Assembly (NCBI RefSeq): GCF_000143415.4
Contig: NW_003314262.1
Location: 1,904,558-1,925,968, forward strand
From: Selaginella moellendorffii
Lineage: Eukaryota > Plantae > Lycopodiophyta
Direction of reading: 5' to 3'
Length of the DNA stretch: 21,411 nt
Of the stretch, positions 20,172 to 21,411 are shown in pieces (within the stretch, counting starts at the first letter, position 1; each line of letters starts with the position of its first letter). The notes beneath the pieces were generated by a model. It did no database searches and was not told the DNA's origin. It saw nothing but the letters and a program-made list of their open reading frames with translations. Made by a program: the position numbers and the translations under genes.

Positions 20172-20323
20172 TGTAATACATCTTATTTCTTTCCCTTAAG
20201 CCAGCTGGAAAAAAAGCAATTGCTTAATGAGAAAACCTTTAATGGCTATTTTATTTCCAAAGTTCTAAGAATTCATGGTGACAGTATATCCAAATTTCAT
20301 CCTATAATCAAATATATGCTACA
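20172..20323 (-). mobile_element. Solo LTR of the TRIM family
   Basis: Reverse complement of the TRIM LTR (cccttaagcca, aagcaattgcttaatgaga, catggtgacagtatatccaaat, gctaca). Flanks ATAAA/ATAGA form a TSD with one transition. Confidence 0.85.
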
Positions 20324-20885
20324 ATAGATCACACAACAGTGTTATTATAATTATTGGGTGTCAAGTATATACTTAACGGGGCTAGAGTTAGCTAGGCACA
20401 TTTCAACTAGATGCATTAATGATAAAACTTCACAGAAATTATAATCTCTAAAGCAATAATTAGTTTCAATTATAATGTAAAAAATTTTTTTGTTATAGAT
20501 AAACATGAATAAGAAGATCTACCATAATCTGAATCGACTTATCAATGTAAGGACAAATATAAACAAGTACAAAAAGGTTATGAAAATGTGTGCAATATAA
20601 ACAATTTCATTTCCTCTCTAAATAGAAGATAAAAGAAGTTCATCTCTCAAATACTAGTAATATATAGTTTTAGCTACTTTCTTGGTAACATAGATATTTT
20701 ATGATACCTTCATTAATCTTCTTTCCAATCCTCTATCCAAGTTGAGCTCTTGATCTATAAAGTCCCACTTTCAAGTTGCAATGTATATGGTCTAAAGATT
20801 AGAGATAACTTGCAAAAATCTCTAAATAATTTCTTGATTGGTATCATGTTAATTAACCCTATCTAAAACTATTCTATTAGATATC

Positions 20886-21090
20886 TGTTAGGACTTGGTG
20901 TTAAAAGCCAAGAGGTCTAATCTCCCTAGACTTCGCTACACCTCCTTTTTAGGTTCCTTACCACTTAACCACCCTTGAGTTACTTCAAAAGTTCCATCAT
21001 ATTGTAAGGTAAGTTAATTTCCTCACCCTAACATGCTTAAACTTCACTTTGACTCACATTGACCACATGGTCAAAACTAGGTGCCTAACA
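20886..21090. mobile_element. Possible short LTR-like unit (TGTTAGG...CCTAACA)
   Basis: 205 bp bounded by a perfect 7-bp inverted repeat with TG/CA ends. No TSD and no second copy in the window. Confidence 0.3.
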
Positions 21091-21411
21091 ATTTGGCCGC
21101 CCCCCCCCCCCCCCCCCCAAAAAAAAGTTCTTGTTTCCAGGATGAGTTTTACTCAAACTCCATTTTCCACAGCTATATACATTAAGGAAGTGTTGTGCCC
21201 TTTACTTAAAAAAAGTACACTTTTCAACTAGCTAACATAAAATACTAGATGAATTTTGGCTGGCGAAAATCCCCCTTACCAAAACCCTTTAACACTTTAT
21301 ATGGGCTAACAAATCTATGAAAAGTTTATTGCTCTTCCCATTCCCCAAAGGCACTAAGGGGTTTTGCCACTTACATAACAAAAAGATCACTTGCCCAAAA
21401 ACAAAATCCCC

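Noticed and set aside
19856-21231. Small ORFs including the poly-Pro ORF at 21049-21231
   Set aside because: Derived from the old LTR, the solo TRIM LTR and the C homopolymer.

Overview
AT-rich plant-type genomic window (species not determinable from sequence) that is mostly a nested LTR-retrotransposon cluster around one small host gene. (1) An intact-looking single-exon gene (5420-5743, +) for a secreted 6-Cys peptide of the MiAMP1/beta-barrelin antimicrobial family. (2) A very young Ty3/Gypsy chromovirus (12841-19107, - strand) with 919-bp LTRs differing at 2 positions, an ATAAG TSD, a tRNA-iMet PBS and a PPT. Its single gag-pol frame has an in-frame deletion removing the protease active site and the RT catalytic core, plus one TGG>TAG stop in RNase H. 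(3) That element is inserted in opposite orientation into the 3' LTR of an old, transition-eroded relative (about 6478-20048, +). The relative shares LTR, PBS, PPT and 3'UTR, but carries about 4 kb of unidentified sequence instead of recognisable gag-pol. A second diverged copy of that cargo lies at 1697-4532. (4) A 783-bp TRIM (9923-10705, GATTG TSD) with a tRNA T-arm/B-box and a hairpin-rich internal domain, plus a solo LTR of the same TRIM at 20172-20323. All three elements share LTR-end, PBS and PPT-proximal signals, suggesting a set of non-autonomous elements using one Gypsy machinery. Also present: a perfect 75-bp templated insertion, a degenerate 6/12-nt repeat array and a 100-N assembly gap. 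All alignments and counts were made by eye.
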